A stretch of 64,000 bases of DNA, from assembly GCF_006345805.1 (NCBI RefSeq), contig NC_043009.1:63550001-63614000 (forward strand), read 5' to 3'. This stretch comes from Octopus sinensis (taxonomy: Eukaryota). The stretch's first letter is position 1. The number at the start of each line of letters is the position of its first letter. Both the position numbers and the translations under genes were made by a program. Shown in pieces: positions 53,008-64,000 of the stretch. The notes beneath the pieces are model-generated. The model was not told where the DNA came from and searched no databases. It was given only the letters and a program-made list of their open reading frames with translations.

Positions 53008-53352
53008 TAAGGCGGCACGCTGACAGAATCGTTAGCACGTCGGGTGAAATGCGTGGCAGTATTTCGTCTGCCGCTACGTTCTGAGTTCAAATTCCGCTGA
53101 GGTCGACTTTGCCTTTCATCCTTTCGAGGTCGATTAAATAAGTACCAGTTACGCACTGGGGTCGATGTAATCGACTTAATCCGTTTGTCTGTCCTTGTTT
53201 GTCCTCTCTGTGTTTAGCCCCTTGTGGGTAGTAAAGAAATAGGTATTTCATCTGTTTTGACGTTCTGAGTTCAAATTCCGCCGAGGTCGATTTTGCTTTT
53301 CGGAGTCGATAAAATAAGTACCAGTCGAGCACTGGGGTCGAAGTAATCGACT
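53008..53352 (+). mobile_element. SINE family A with a duplicated body module
   Basis: Consensus match. Confidence 0.85.
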
Positions 53353-53700
53353 CAGCCTCTCCTTAATATGAGTATAAAAACTGCATCCCTCTGCCAAGCC
53401 ATGCCAAGCCAGTATGAGAGAGTAGACTCACCAAACCATTATGATCCCAAGCTCAAATTCACGGTCTCTATATCGGACTGTGGTTGGGTGGAGAGAACAT
53501 GATGAGGCCCTCGTCCTGCCGTGCATTGAAGACATTGGCTCGGTAAATGAAGAGAGGTGTAAGAATTTCTGAGGTTTTCACAAAGCAGCGGATTTGTAAA
53601 GGCGGGATGTAGTTTGTGTGTGGTCATTGAACTACCATCCCATGGCTATAGGGTGTATTAGGGGTAGACTGACGGGTGGGTGTTGGCTTTTATTACAAGC

Positions 53701-54420
53701 ACAAACATATGGTCTTCACTCAAACACACACATGATCTTCACTCAAACACACACCTATGATATTCACTCAAATACAAACACATGGTTTTCACTCAAACAC
53801 ACACTCACATGGTCTTCAGTCAAACACACACACACACATAGTTTTCACTCAAACACACACACACATAGTCTTCACTCAAACACACACACACATAGTCTTC
53901 ACTCAAACACACACACACATAGTCTTCACTCAAACACACACACACATAATATTCACTCAAACACACACACACATAGTCTTCACTCAAACACACACACACA
54001 TAGTCTTCACTCAAACACACACACATAGTCTCACTCAAACACACACACTAGTCTTCACTCAAACCACACACATAATATTCACTCAACACACACACACATA
54101 GTCTTCACTCAAACACACACACACATAGTCTTCACTCAACACACACACACATAATCTCCCTCAAACACACACACCATAGTCTTCACTCAAACACACACAC
54201 CATAGTCTTCACTCAAACACACACACACATAGTCTTCACTCAAACACACACACACATAGTCTTCACTCAAACACACACACACATAGTCTTCACTCAAACA
54301 CACACACACATAGTCTTCACTCAAACACACACACACATAGTCTTCACTCAAACACACACACACATAGTCTTCACTCAAACACACACATACAAGTTCTTCA
54401 CTCAAACACACACACACACA
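53701..54420. repeat. About 27-bp minisatellite with an embedded (CA)n
   Basis: Unit ACATAGTCTTCACTCAAACACACACAC, with length varying in the CA run. Confidence 0.95.
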
Positions 54421-55276
54421 CAACACGAGCTATGGGGTGGATGTAGTAACAAGGTGTGTGGGGAATTAGCTACCACCCTACATAGACACTACCTTTTCCT
54501 AATACTACCACTGCTGCTGCAATATCGCTGATACTACTACTACTACTATTACCACCACTACTACTACTACCACCACCTCTACCACCTCTGTCATCACCAC
54601 CACTGTCATCACCACCACCACCATTATCATTATTACCACTACTACCAGCATTATTACTGCTGCCACCACCACTACAAATACTACCACTCCACTACTACTA
54701 CTACTACTACCACCACCACCACTACTACTACTACTAATACTACCACCACTACTACTACAATTACCACCACAACCACCACCGCTACTACTGCTGGTGCTAC
54801 TACTACTACCTCCACCACCACCACCACTACTACTACCACCACCACCACCACCAGCACTACTACTACTATTACCACTACAACCACCACCACCACCACCACA
54901 ACCACCACCGCTACTACTGCTGGTGCTACTACTACTACCTCCACTACCACCACCACTACTACTACTACCACCACCACCACCACCACCACCACCGCTACTA
55001 CTACTAGTAATGTACCTGATCTCTAGGTGACAAATAACAGCTTCACGAAATACGTTTACTTAACATACATTCTTCAGCTTAATGTTTTCATTTGTGATAA
55101 TGGGGTGGACGTGTTTCATTGTGAGCTTCTACCACACACATACAAACACATAAGCATACACATAAACATACATACATACATACATACATACATACATACA
55201 TACATACATACATACATACATACATACATACATACGTTCGTTCATTCGTACGTATAGATCTCTGTAGTCTGTAGAT

Positions 55277-55580
55277 CAGGGCTTTTCAACCATTTTTCTC
55301 TGTGGGCCCCTTTAATTACTATTTTTTCCTGGTGGACCCCCTTAGCCATTCGATGCTTAAAAACTAGTTTTATAAAAAATTATTTCCGAATTCCTATTTT
55401 GTTTTTCACTCATCAACTTGTGTTGGTTGACCTATGCAAAACTGAGCTGTTTCTTGCAATACATACCAATACGTACGTCTAAAGCAACATTCTTTCAAGG
55501 GCCCTTAAAATATTATTGTAGATCCCCATGCAAGTACCCCACCTCAAGGGGCATATGGACCACTGGTTTAGATGCAACAG
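55277..55580. mobile_element. Degenerate hAT-like MITE related to 38358-39319
   Basis: Starts CAGGGCTTTTCAACCATTTTT and shares AGCCATTCGATG and GGACCAC-type motifs. The right end is poorly defined. Confidence 0.4.
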
Positions 55581-56814
55581 ACCAGAATAAAGTGAAATAG
55601 AGACCAGAAGGAGTGCACAGACATTAGAAATCGTAAACCAAGTTGATGGAAATATAATGTTAAAAATAAAAGGAAAAGAAACCATTTCTGTCGAGCAAAT
55701 GAGAAATTTGCAGATACTCTAGTTTTTTTTTTAACCATTTTACCCTTGCGTAAGCCTTAAGATAAATTACATTTCTCAAGGAACCCCTGCACCAAAAAAA
55801 AAAAAATTATGTACCATATCCAAGTACCTTCATTGATAATCCACGTCGATTACTTCATCGACGCTGGGCTGATTTGAATGAAAATCAACATTGGTTGTTC
55901 CATTGCCAATTGATATATATCAGTTACCTCTGTCAAAATCCACATTCGTTGACACGGCAGCCACAATTAGTTGCCTTTGCTGACAGTCAACATTTATTAC
56001 CGTCTGCTTATTTGTTTAATACCGTCTACATATTTGTTGCATCCACCGACAGTCAATGATTATTGCCTCTCTGACAGCCAACAGCTAAAACTGGTTGTTT
56101 GCTACGAGAGTCAACATTGCTTACCTAATTGAGATCGGTTAATATTAGTCGCTTCAATTGACAGTCAACAATAAGCTGCCTTCCATTGTTTGTCAATACT
56201 GGTCACATCCCCTGACCGGAAGCAACGTTGTCAATCAACATTAGTTGTTACGTCTGCTTCAGTCAAATTTTGACTTCAATTCACGAACATCATTTGTTGT
56301 TCGACATTTAACATTGGTCGTCTTCTGCTTTCTAAATCGTCTCCATCATGTACAAAGGAAAAATAAAAAGCAACCTTCTCTCTCTGATCACTTTCTCTCT
56401 CTCTTCACCTTCCACCCCCCCCCGCCATTTCTTCCTCTCTTATTCAACTTCCTGCCATTTCAGACATTCACTATATTCACTCACACTCAACAGCCTTACT
56501 ACACTCGACTGTGCTCCTTAAAGAATGTGACTTGTGTTTAAGTGTTGCCAGATGTTCAACATCAACTACATCCTCTCCCTCCTTCCACACAGATATCTAC
56601 CCTTCTCACAGCCCTAAAACTCCCCTCTCTCCTCTCTTCTTCTTCTTCTTCTTCTTCTTCTTCTTCTTCTTCTTCTTCTTCTTCTTCTTCTTCTTCTTCT
56701 TCTTCTTCTTCTTCTTCTTCTTCTTCTTCTTCACCCTCATTCACCGTATTTTCTCTTACTCCTAGTTTCTAACTACCCCTCTTACTCATTCTCTCACTCT
56801 CTTTCTTACTTCAT

Positions 56815-56854
<40 letters not shown>

Positions 56855-57309
56855 GACTCTCTCCCTCCCTCTCTCTCTTCTTATTCATCTTCATTTCGAA
56901 CACGAGGAAACTAAAATATCGCTCTGTTGTCCATTTTACTTCTTCCTTATCTCACCTCTCACGTCTCTTCTGATCCTTTCTTTCACTTTCTCCCCCTTCC
57001 TCTCTGTACACACACACACATACACCACACACACACACACATACACACACACACATACACACACACACCATATAGTATATGTGTGTGTGTGTGTGCGTGT
57101 ATTATATACGTAAATACTATATTATATTATATGTGAAGACGCGTGGCCTAATGGTTACCGTATTGCATTCACGATCACTAGATCGTGTGTTCGATTCCCA
57201 GACTGGACGACGAGTTCTGTTCTTGAGCAAAACACTCCATTTCACGGTGTTCCTGTCCACTCAGCTGTAAATGGGTCACTTTGTGATGGAATAACCTTCC
57301 GATCAGGGA

Positions 57310-57690
57310 GGACAAACAAGGACAGACAAATGGATTAAGTCGATTATATCGACCCCAGTGCGTAACTGGTATTTAATTTATCGACCCCGAAAGGATGAAA
57401 GGCAAAGTCGACCTCGGCGGAATTTGAACTCAGAACGTAACGGCAGACGAAATACCTATTTCTTTATTACCCACAAGGGGCTAAACACAGAGGGGACAAA
57501 CAAGGACAGACATAGGTATTAAGTCGATTACATCGACCCCAGTGCGTTACTGGTACTTAATTTATCGACCCCGAAAGGATGAAAGGCAAAGTCGACCTCG
57601 GCGGAATTTGAACTCAGAGCGTAACGGCAGACGAAATACCGCTAAGCATTACGCCCGGCACACTAACGTTTCTGCCAGCTCACTGCCTCA
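57310..57690 (-). mobile_element. SINE family A with a duplicated body module
   Basis: Consensus match. Confidence 0.85.
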
Positions 57691-58129
57691 AGGAGGATGT
57701 TATATTAATATTAAAGAGAAGGAACCAGGGACGAACTGAGAGTATTAAGGGGCCTTGAGCTTGACTGTTTACCAGGCCCCTTAACGTTGATATCAAAGAG
57801 TTAACATGTTGAGAGATCTGGGCCCTCGGGCAGTGCCCAGTTGACCGACGGCTCAGTCCGCCTCTGGAAGGGACTATAAATTCTGTCATCGAAGATGAAG
57901 AGAATGGCCACTCGGTGGCTTTGGGTAAAGAAGGAATGCCAATGGCTTGCTGGTATTGGAATGCAAGCTGGGACTTGACCAACCCCGAAAGGGTCAATTG
58001 GCCCGACAACCCTCTGAGATACAAGAAACGGTGCTGATGATGCATTGCACAGCATTCGTGTTAGAGATCTTGACAAAATTAAAAAAAAAAAAACATTTAT
58101 AAATTATGTGCTTTAGAAATTCGGTTCGC

Positions 58130-58465
58130 AACTTTGTGGTTCATCTTGCACAAGTGTTCTCTTGGATTAAGCAAACTTCATGAGCGGAATTTAGTTGGGA
58201 AAACTGTAAGGAAGCTTGTGTGTGTGTGTGGTGTGTTTATGTGTGTGTGTGAGTTTATGTGTCTGTTTTTGTTTCCCCACCATCGCTTGACAACCAATGT
58301 TGGTGTTTTCCGTTCCCCGTGAATTAACGGTTCGGCAAAAAGACCCGATAGAATAAGTACTAGGCTCACAAAACAATAAGCCTTGTGGACGATTTGTTCG
58401 ACAAAAGGCAGTGCTCCAGCATGGCCGCAGTCAAAATGACTGAAACAATTAAAAGTAATAAAAGA
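58130..58465 (+). mobile_element. SINE family B, 5'-truncated
   Basis: Match to the 3' consensus. Confidence 0.7.
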
Positions 58466-58469
58466 ACGA

Positions 58470-58690
58470 TGAGTCGGAATGTATGGAGAAGCGGGGAAGG
58501 AGAAAGTCGAGATACGTTTGTTTCTCAAAGAAGGGAGGAAAATGTTATGGACGCCTCTGGAAAGGAGTTCCATCCTGGTCGAAGGCCCTAATTGATGTAT
58601 GGCAAGAAGTCCCCAGCGGGGGACTGAGTCGTGGAGAGGCAACAAAAAGAAACTGAGTGCTCAGAATGGAAGATAAGGCAAAGAGACAGT
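58470..58690 (-). mobile_element. Possible CR1/L2-like LINE 3' remnant
   Basis: Weak motif RPGWNSFPE resembling the 'LWNSLP' C-terminus. No other support. Confidence 0.3.
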
Positions 58691-59021
58691 CTACCTACGT
58701 TCGTTGTACTTCTAACCATGTGTTGTGTCCCCTTATGCCTGTGTGTGTGCGCGCTTGTTTACATATACAATATATGCACGTGTACATATGCTTACACATA
58801 TGTATACAAACACACACACACACACACACACATATGTAGACAGAGAGAGAGAGAAAGAATACAGATGTTCAAACACAAGTACGCCTATATATTCCCGTGT
58901 ATTGCTTCTTTCCCGGCGACTCTAGCCCTGTCCATCCTTTCACGGTTCAAACACACAGCCATGTATACATACAGTCGTAAGCACACCTATAGATAGGTAA
59001 GTACTTACACACTCACACAAT

Positions 59022-59089
<68 letters not shown>

Positions 59090-59091
<2 letters not shown>

Positions 59092-59455
59092 CTCTTTTTT
59101 ACTCTTTTACTTGTTTGATTGCGGCCATGCTGGAGCACCGCCTTTAGTACTTATTCTATCGGTCTCTTTTTGCCGAACCGCTAAGTGACGGGGACATAAA
59201 CAAACCAGCATCGGTTGTCAAGCAATGCTAGGGGGACAAACACAGACACACAAACATATACACATACACACATATATATATACATATATACGACAGGCTT
59301 CTTTCAGTTTCCGTCTACCAAATCCACTCACAAGGCATTGGTCGGCCCGGGGCTATAGTTGAAGACACTTGCCCAAGATGCCGCGCAGTGGGACTGAACC
59401 CGGAACCATGTGGTTGGTAAGCAACCTACTTACCACACAGCCACTCCTGCGCCTA
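59090..59455 (-). mobile_element. SINE family B between (GATA)n arrays
   Basis: Consensus match flanked on both sides by (GATA)n. Confidence 0.85.
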
Positions 59456-59458
59456 AAT

Positions 59459-59529
<71 letters not shown>

Positions 59530-60739
59530 TCATACATATATACACACACACATGCGCATTTAGAAACAGGTAGAAAGACAGACATACACTCTCGTCCTTA
59601 AACATTGCCACCAGTCAGGCATGAAGGTACTTCGACATACATTTCGCGAGTTAGCGAGATGTCGGGTCAGTGAAGATGAAACACACAAGGGGATAGGAGG
59701 GCTGGAGGAGGGAAAGCGAAGAGGGAAGTGGAGAGAGAGAGAGGAGGAGGAGGAAGAAGAAAAGAAAAAAGAAGAAACAGAAAGAAAGAGAAAGAGAAGG
59801 GGGATGGAAGAGAAGAAGATGGCAGGAGAGAAAAGAGGAGGAGAGGAAGAGAAGAAAAGAAGAAGGAGAAGAAGAAGAAGAAGAAGGAGAAGAAGAAGAG
59901 AAGAGAAAGAGAAGAAGGAAAGAAAGAAGAAGAAGAAGAAGAGAAGAAGAAGAAGAAGAAGAAGAAGAGAAGAAGAAGACGAGAAGAAGAAGAGAAAGTT
60001 AAGAAGTTAGAAGAAGATGGAGAGAAAAGAGGAGAGAAGAAGAAGATGGGGGGAGGAGAAGAAGAGGGGAGAAAGAGGAGGGAGGAGGAGGTAATATGAT
60101 GATGATGATGATGATGATGATGTAGTAGAAGAAGTAGAGGAAGAAGAAGAAGAAGAAGAAGATGATGATGATGAGGAGGAGGAGGAGGAGGATGGAGAAG
60201 AACAACAAAAACAACATCCATAGCAGCAACAGCAAAAAGGAGCAAAACAAGAACAGGATGAAGGACAAGAATAACAACAGAGGCAACAACAACAACAACA
60301 ACAACAACAAGAAAGGGGAGGAGGAGGAGGAGGAGGAGAAGGAAAAGGAAGATGAACGAGAACAATGTCTTTTGAGTGAAGAGAAATGGTAAATCGATCA
60401 TTGGGTTTAATATTAGATAAGAGGCAACAAGGAAAAGGTCAAGATTATAGGAGGCAAGATGGCGGAGAGGGGGAATCAAAAGACGGAAGCGGTGTGCCGT
60501 GGTTTCGTTTCGCTTCGGATGATGAGAGCTTGAGATTACCAATGTCTTCATTGCCAAGGAAGCATGAAGAGACGAGGACGATATTTGCAGAAGCGACTTC
60601 TTCACGGGGAAAATATTTGGGAAGAAAATTGTTGTCTGTTGTACTGGTTGACCTTCTTCCTGTTCTTACTGACATCGGTAAGATTTCGCCCCGAGGAAAG
60701 CGAACGGGGGCTTCTTAAACAATTAGGAAGGGTCTAAGT

Positions 60740-61690
60740 CGTATGTGTGTATGTGCGTGTGTGTGTGTGTATGTATGTATGTATGTATGTTTGTATGTAT
60801 GTATGTTTGTTTGTATGTATGTATGTATGTATGTATGTTTGTATGTATGTATGTATGTATGTTTGTATGCATGTATGTATGTATGTTTGTATATATGTAT
60901 GTATGTATGTATGTATGTCTGTATGTGTGTATGTATGTATGTATGTATGTGTGTGTGTATGTATGTATGTTCGTATGTATGTATGTATGTATGTATGTAT
61001 GTATGTATGTATGTATGTATGTTTGTATATATGTATGTATGTATGTAATGTATGTTTGTATGTATGTTTGTATGTATGTATGTATGTATGTTTGTATGCA
61101 TGTATGTATGTATGTTTGTATATATGTATGTATGTATGTAATGTATGTATGTATGTATGTCTGTATGTATGTCTGTATGTATGTATGTATGTATGTATGT
61201 ATGTATGTGTGTGTGTATGTATGTGTGTATGTATGTATGTATGTGTGTATGTATGTATGTATGTATGTATGTATGTATGTATGTATGTCTGTATGTATGT
61301 GTGTGTGTATGTATGTATGTTTGTATATATGTATGTATGTATGTTTGTATGTTTGTATGTATGTATGCGCGTATGTGTGTATATGTGTGTGTATGGGCGC
61401 ATGTGTGTATGTATGTGCGTATGCATCTATTATGTATATGTGTGTATGTATGTGTATGTACGTGTATATATATATATGTATACATGAATGTATATGTATA
61501 TGTAAGTATGTATGTATGTAAGCATGCATGTACGTGTGTGTAAGCATGTGTATGTGATTGTATGTATATATGAATGTATGTATGCATGAATATATGTATA
61601 TATGTATGTGTGTAAGTATTACGTGTGTGTGTATGTATGCGTGGTGTGTGTATGTATATGTGTGCGTGCGTACTTGCGTGTGAACGTGTG
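60740..61690. repeat. (TATG)n tetranucleotide array
   Basis: Seen directly. Similar arrays lie at 14940-15330, 16320-16720 and 24220-24900. Confidence 0.9.
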
Positions 61691-61984
61691 TGTCACTAGT
61701 TTAACAATTTCAAATATTCAGAAAGTGACACTCGTGCCACACAGTCTTTTGTTGCCGTGTAATCTGATGGGTTGGCGCTTTTAACCCCTTTTTATTTTCT
61801 AGAGGAAAGTCACGAGTCAAATTTATCGGGGCTTAGTACATCCGATATACGGGTGCCGTGTCATCCACCCACGATGTTATGTCTAATGCTCCTAACTTCC
61901 GCTATTGTCCCATGACACACACAGGGACAGTGAACGCAGATACGTTAATTAACTGATACGAGCAATAATTTTGTTAATTGGTGC

Positions 61985-62545
61985 TAGGCGGCGAGCTGGC
62001 AGAATCGTTAGCACACCGGACGAAATGCTTAGCGGTATTTCGTCTGTCTTCACGTTCTGAGTTCAAATTCCGCCGAGGTCGACTTTGCCTTTCATCCTTC
62101 GGGGTCGATTAAATAAGTACCAGTTACGCACTGGGGTCGATATAATCGACTTAATCCGTTTGTCTGTCTTTATTTGTCCTCTCTGTGTTTAGCCCCTTGT
62201 GGGTAGTAAAGAAATAGGTATTTCGTCTGCCGCTATGTTCTGAGTTCAAATTCCGACGAGGTCGACTTTGCCTTTCATCCTTTCGGGGTCGATAAATTAA
62301 GTACCAGTTACGCACTGGGGTCGAAATATAATCGACTTAATCCATTTGTCTGTCCTTGTTTGTCCTCTCTGTATTTAGCCCCTTGTGGGCAGTAAAGAAA
62401 TAGGTATTTCGTCAAATTTCAAATTCTGCCGCGGTCCACTTTGTCTTTCATCCTTTCGGGGTCGATAAAATAAGTACCAGTTGCGTACTGGGATCGATGT
62501 AATCGACATGCCCCTCCCCAGAAATTGCTGGCCTTGTGCCAAACT
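61985..62545 (+). mobile_element. SINE family A with three body modules
   Basis: One head and three tandem modules. Confidence 0.85.
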
Positions 62546-63255
62546 TTTAAAGCATATAATACTCTACTCGAAACAGCATGTACAGGAAGTGTGAAAGGCG
62601 TGATTAATACTCGTGTGATATGCTACAGTTCAGTAAAGTTCTCTTTCTGACGGGATATCACATGATACAACAAACACGATATCTTGATAAGTTGCAGCAT
62701 TAAAAGCAATTTTAATGTCAACGAACGGAAGTCTGTAGGTGTGACATGCGCAAAACTTGGAGAGTGGTGCTGAATGAAGAATGATTATAGGAAAGAATCT
62801 GATATCAACCGGCTCTAAGGAGAGAACATTCGGAGAATTTAAAAACCGTTTATCGATCGAAATATCCAAAATATACAAATGATCTAATGATCTTGTTGTG
62901 TGATAACACGAACATCAATGAGAATATTTTAAAGTTCTAATGAGGAATTAGCGTGCGTCTTAAAGAGACAACTGATTTCCGATGGAACTAATAACCTCTG
63001 GGAAATCACAAACACGGAAAAAGATGTTTTCTTCAATAGACCAAAGAACGAGATACAATTACGAGATAAGCTGCGGGATTAAGTGGAATGAATTTTTATT
63101 TAGTTGTTTAGATCTTCAAACTACATCGATCTCGTTAACACCCACATAGTGTCTCCGTTTAATCGATAAATACACAACGTGCAGGTCTCACCATAACACA
63201 CACACACACACGCACACACACTATCACTATTTATCCAGATAGCATCTCTACGTTG

Positions 63256-63633
63256 TGTGGAGGCGCAATGGCCCAGTGGTTAGGGCAGCGGACTCGCGGT
63301 CATAGGATCGCGGTTTCGATTCCCAGACCGGGCGTTGTGAGTGTTTATTGAGCGAAAACACCTAAAGCTCCACGAGGCTCCGGCAGGGGATGGTGGTGAT
63401 CCCTGCTGTACTCTTTCACCACAACTTTCTCTTACTTCCTGTTTCTGTTGTACCTGTATTTCAAAGGGCCGGCCTTGTCACTCTCTGTGTCACGCTGAAT
63501 ATCCCCGAGAACTATGTTAAGGGTGCACGTGTCTGTGGAGTGCTCAGCCACTTACACGTTAATTTCACGAGCAGGCTGTTCCGTTGATTCGGATCAACCG
63601 GAACCCTCATCGTCGTAACCGACGGAGTGCTTC
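63256..63633 (+). mobile_element. SINE family C
   Basis: Highly similar to 37823-38212. Confidence 0.85.
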
Positions 63634-64000
63634 CTATCTCTACATTGTCTCCATCTTATCCGGTGAATACTTATCTACACACTGTAAGTGTGTCTAATAA
63701 ATATATACACTCTCTGTCCGGTGATCAATATAATAAATATATACACTCTCTGTACGGTGATCAATATCTACGCATTGTATTTATCCGTCCAATCAATTAT
63801 TTTAGCTTTTATTTTTGTTTTTAACCATTCGACTGCGGCCATGCTGGAGCACCGCCTTGAAGAAATTTAGCCGAACAAATCAACCACAGGACGTTTTTTT
63901 CCTCTTTAAGCCTGGTACTTGTTCTATTGGTCTCTATGTTACGGGGACGTAAACAAACCAACATCGTCGTCAAGCGGTGGTGGGGGACAAACACATATAC

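Noticed and set aside
63256-63335. tRNA genes at SINE heads (also 1123, 11951, 37823, 50852, 57134)
   Set aside because: The cloverleaf stems are broken and each head continues into a repeated SINE body with no terminator.

Overview
Repeat-dense animal genomic DNA, most likely a coleoid cephalopod such as Octopus. That is an inference from the recurring tRNA-derived SINE families and the very high microsatellite load. The only protein gene I can support is a minus-strand beta-tubulin. Six internal exons (codons 20-387) lie between 2115 and 45801, each with canonical GT-AG ends and consistent phases. I did not find exon 1 or the last exon, which probably lie outside the window. The introns hold several tRNA-headed SINE families, LINE fragments (RTE, R4/Dong-like, Penelope-like), a non-autonomous Helitron, MITEs, two minisatellites and a 100-N gap. 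The most striking unexplained signal is nine minimal type I hammerhead-ribozyme-like motifs with short, usually palindromic, stem III. Two sit inside a tRNA-headed SINE-like element that has a Penelope-style inverted 5' end. Four sit in a tandemly duplicated foldback unit. Nearly all ORFs in the supplied track are microsatellite artefacts. Repeat boundaries were read by eye and are approximate.
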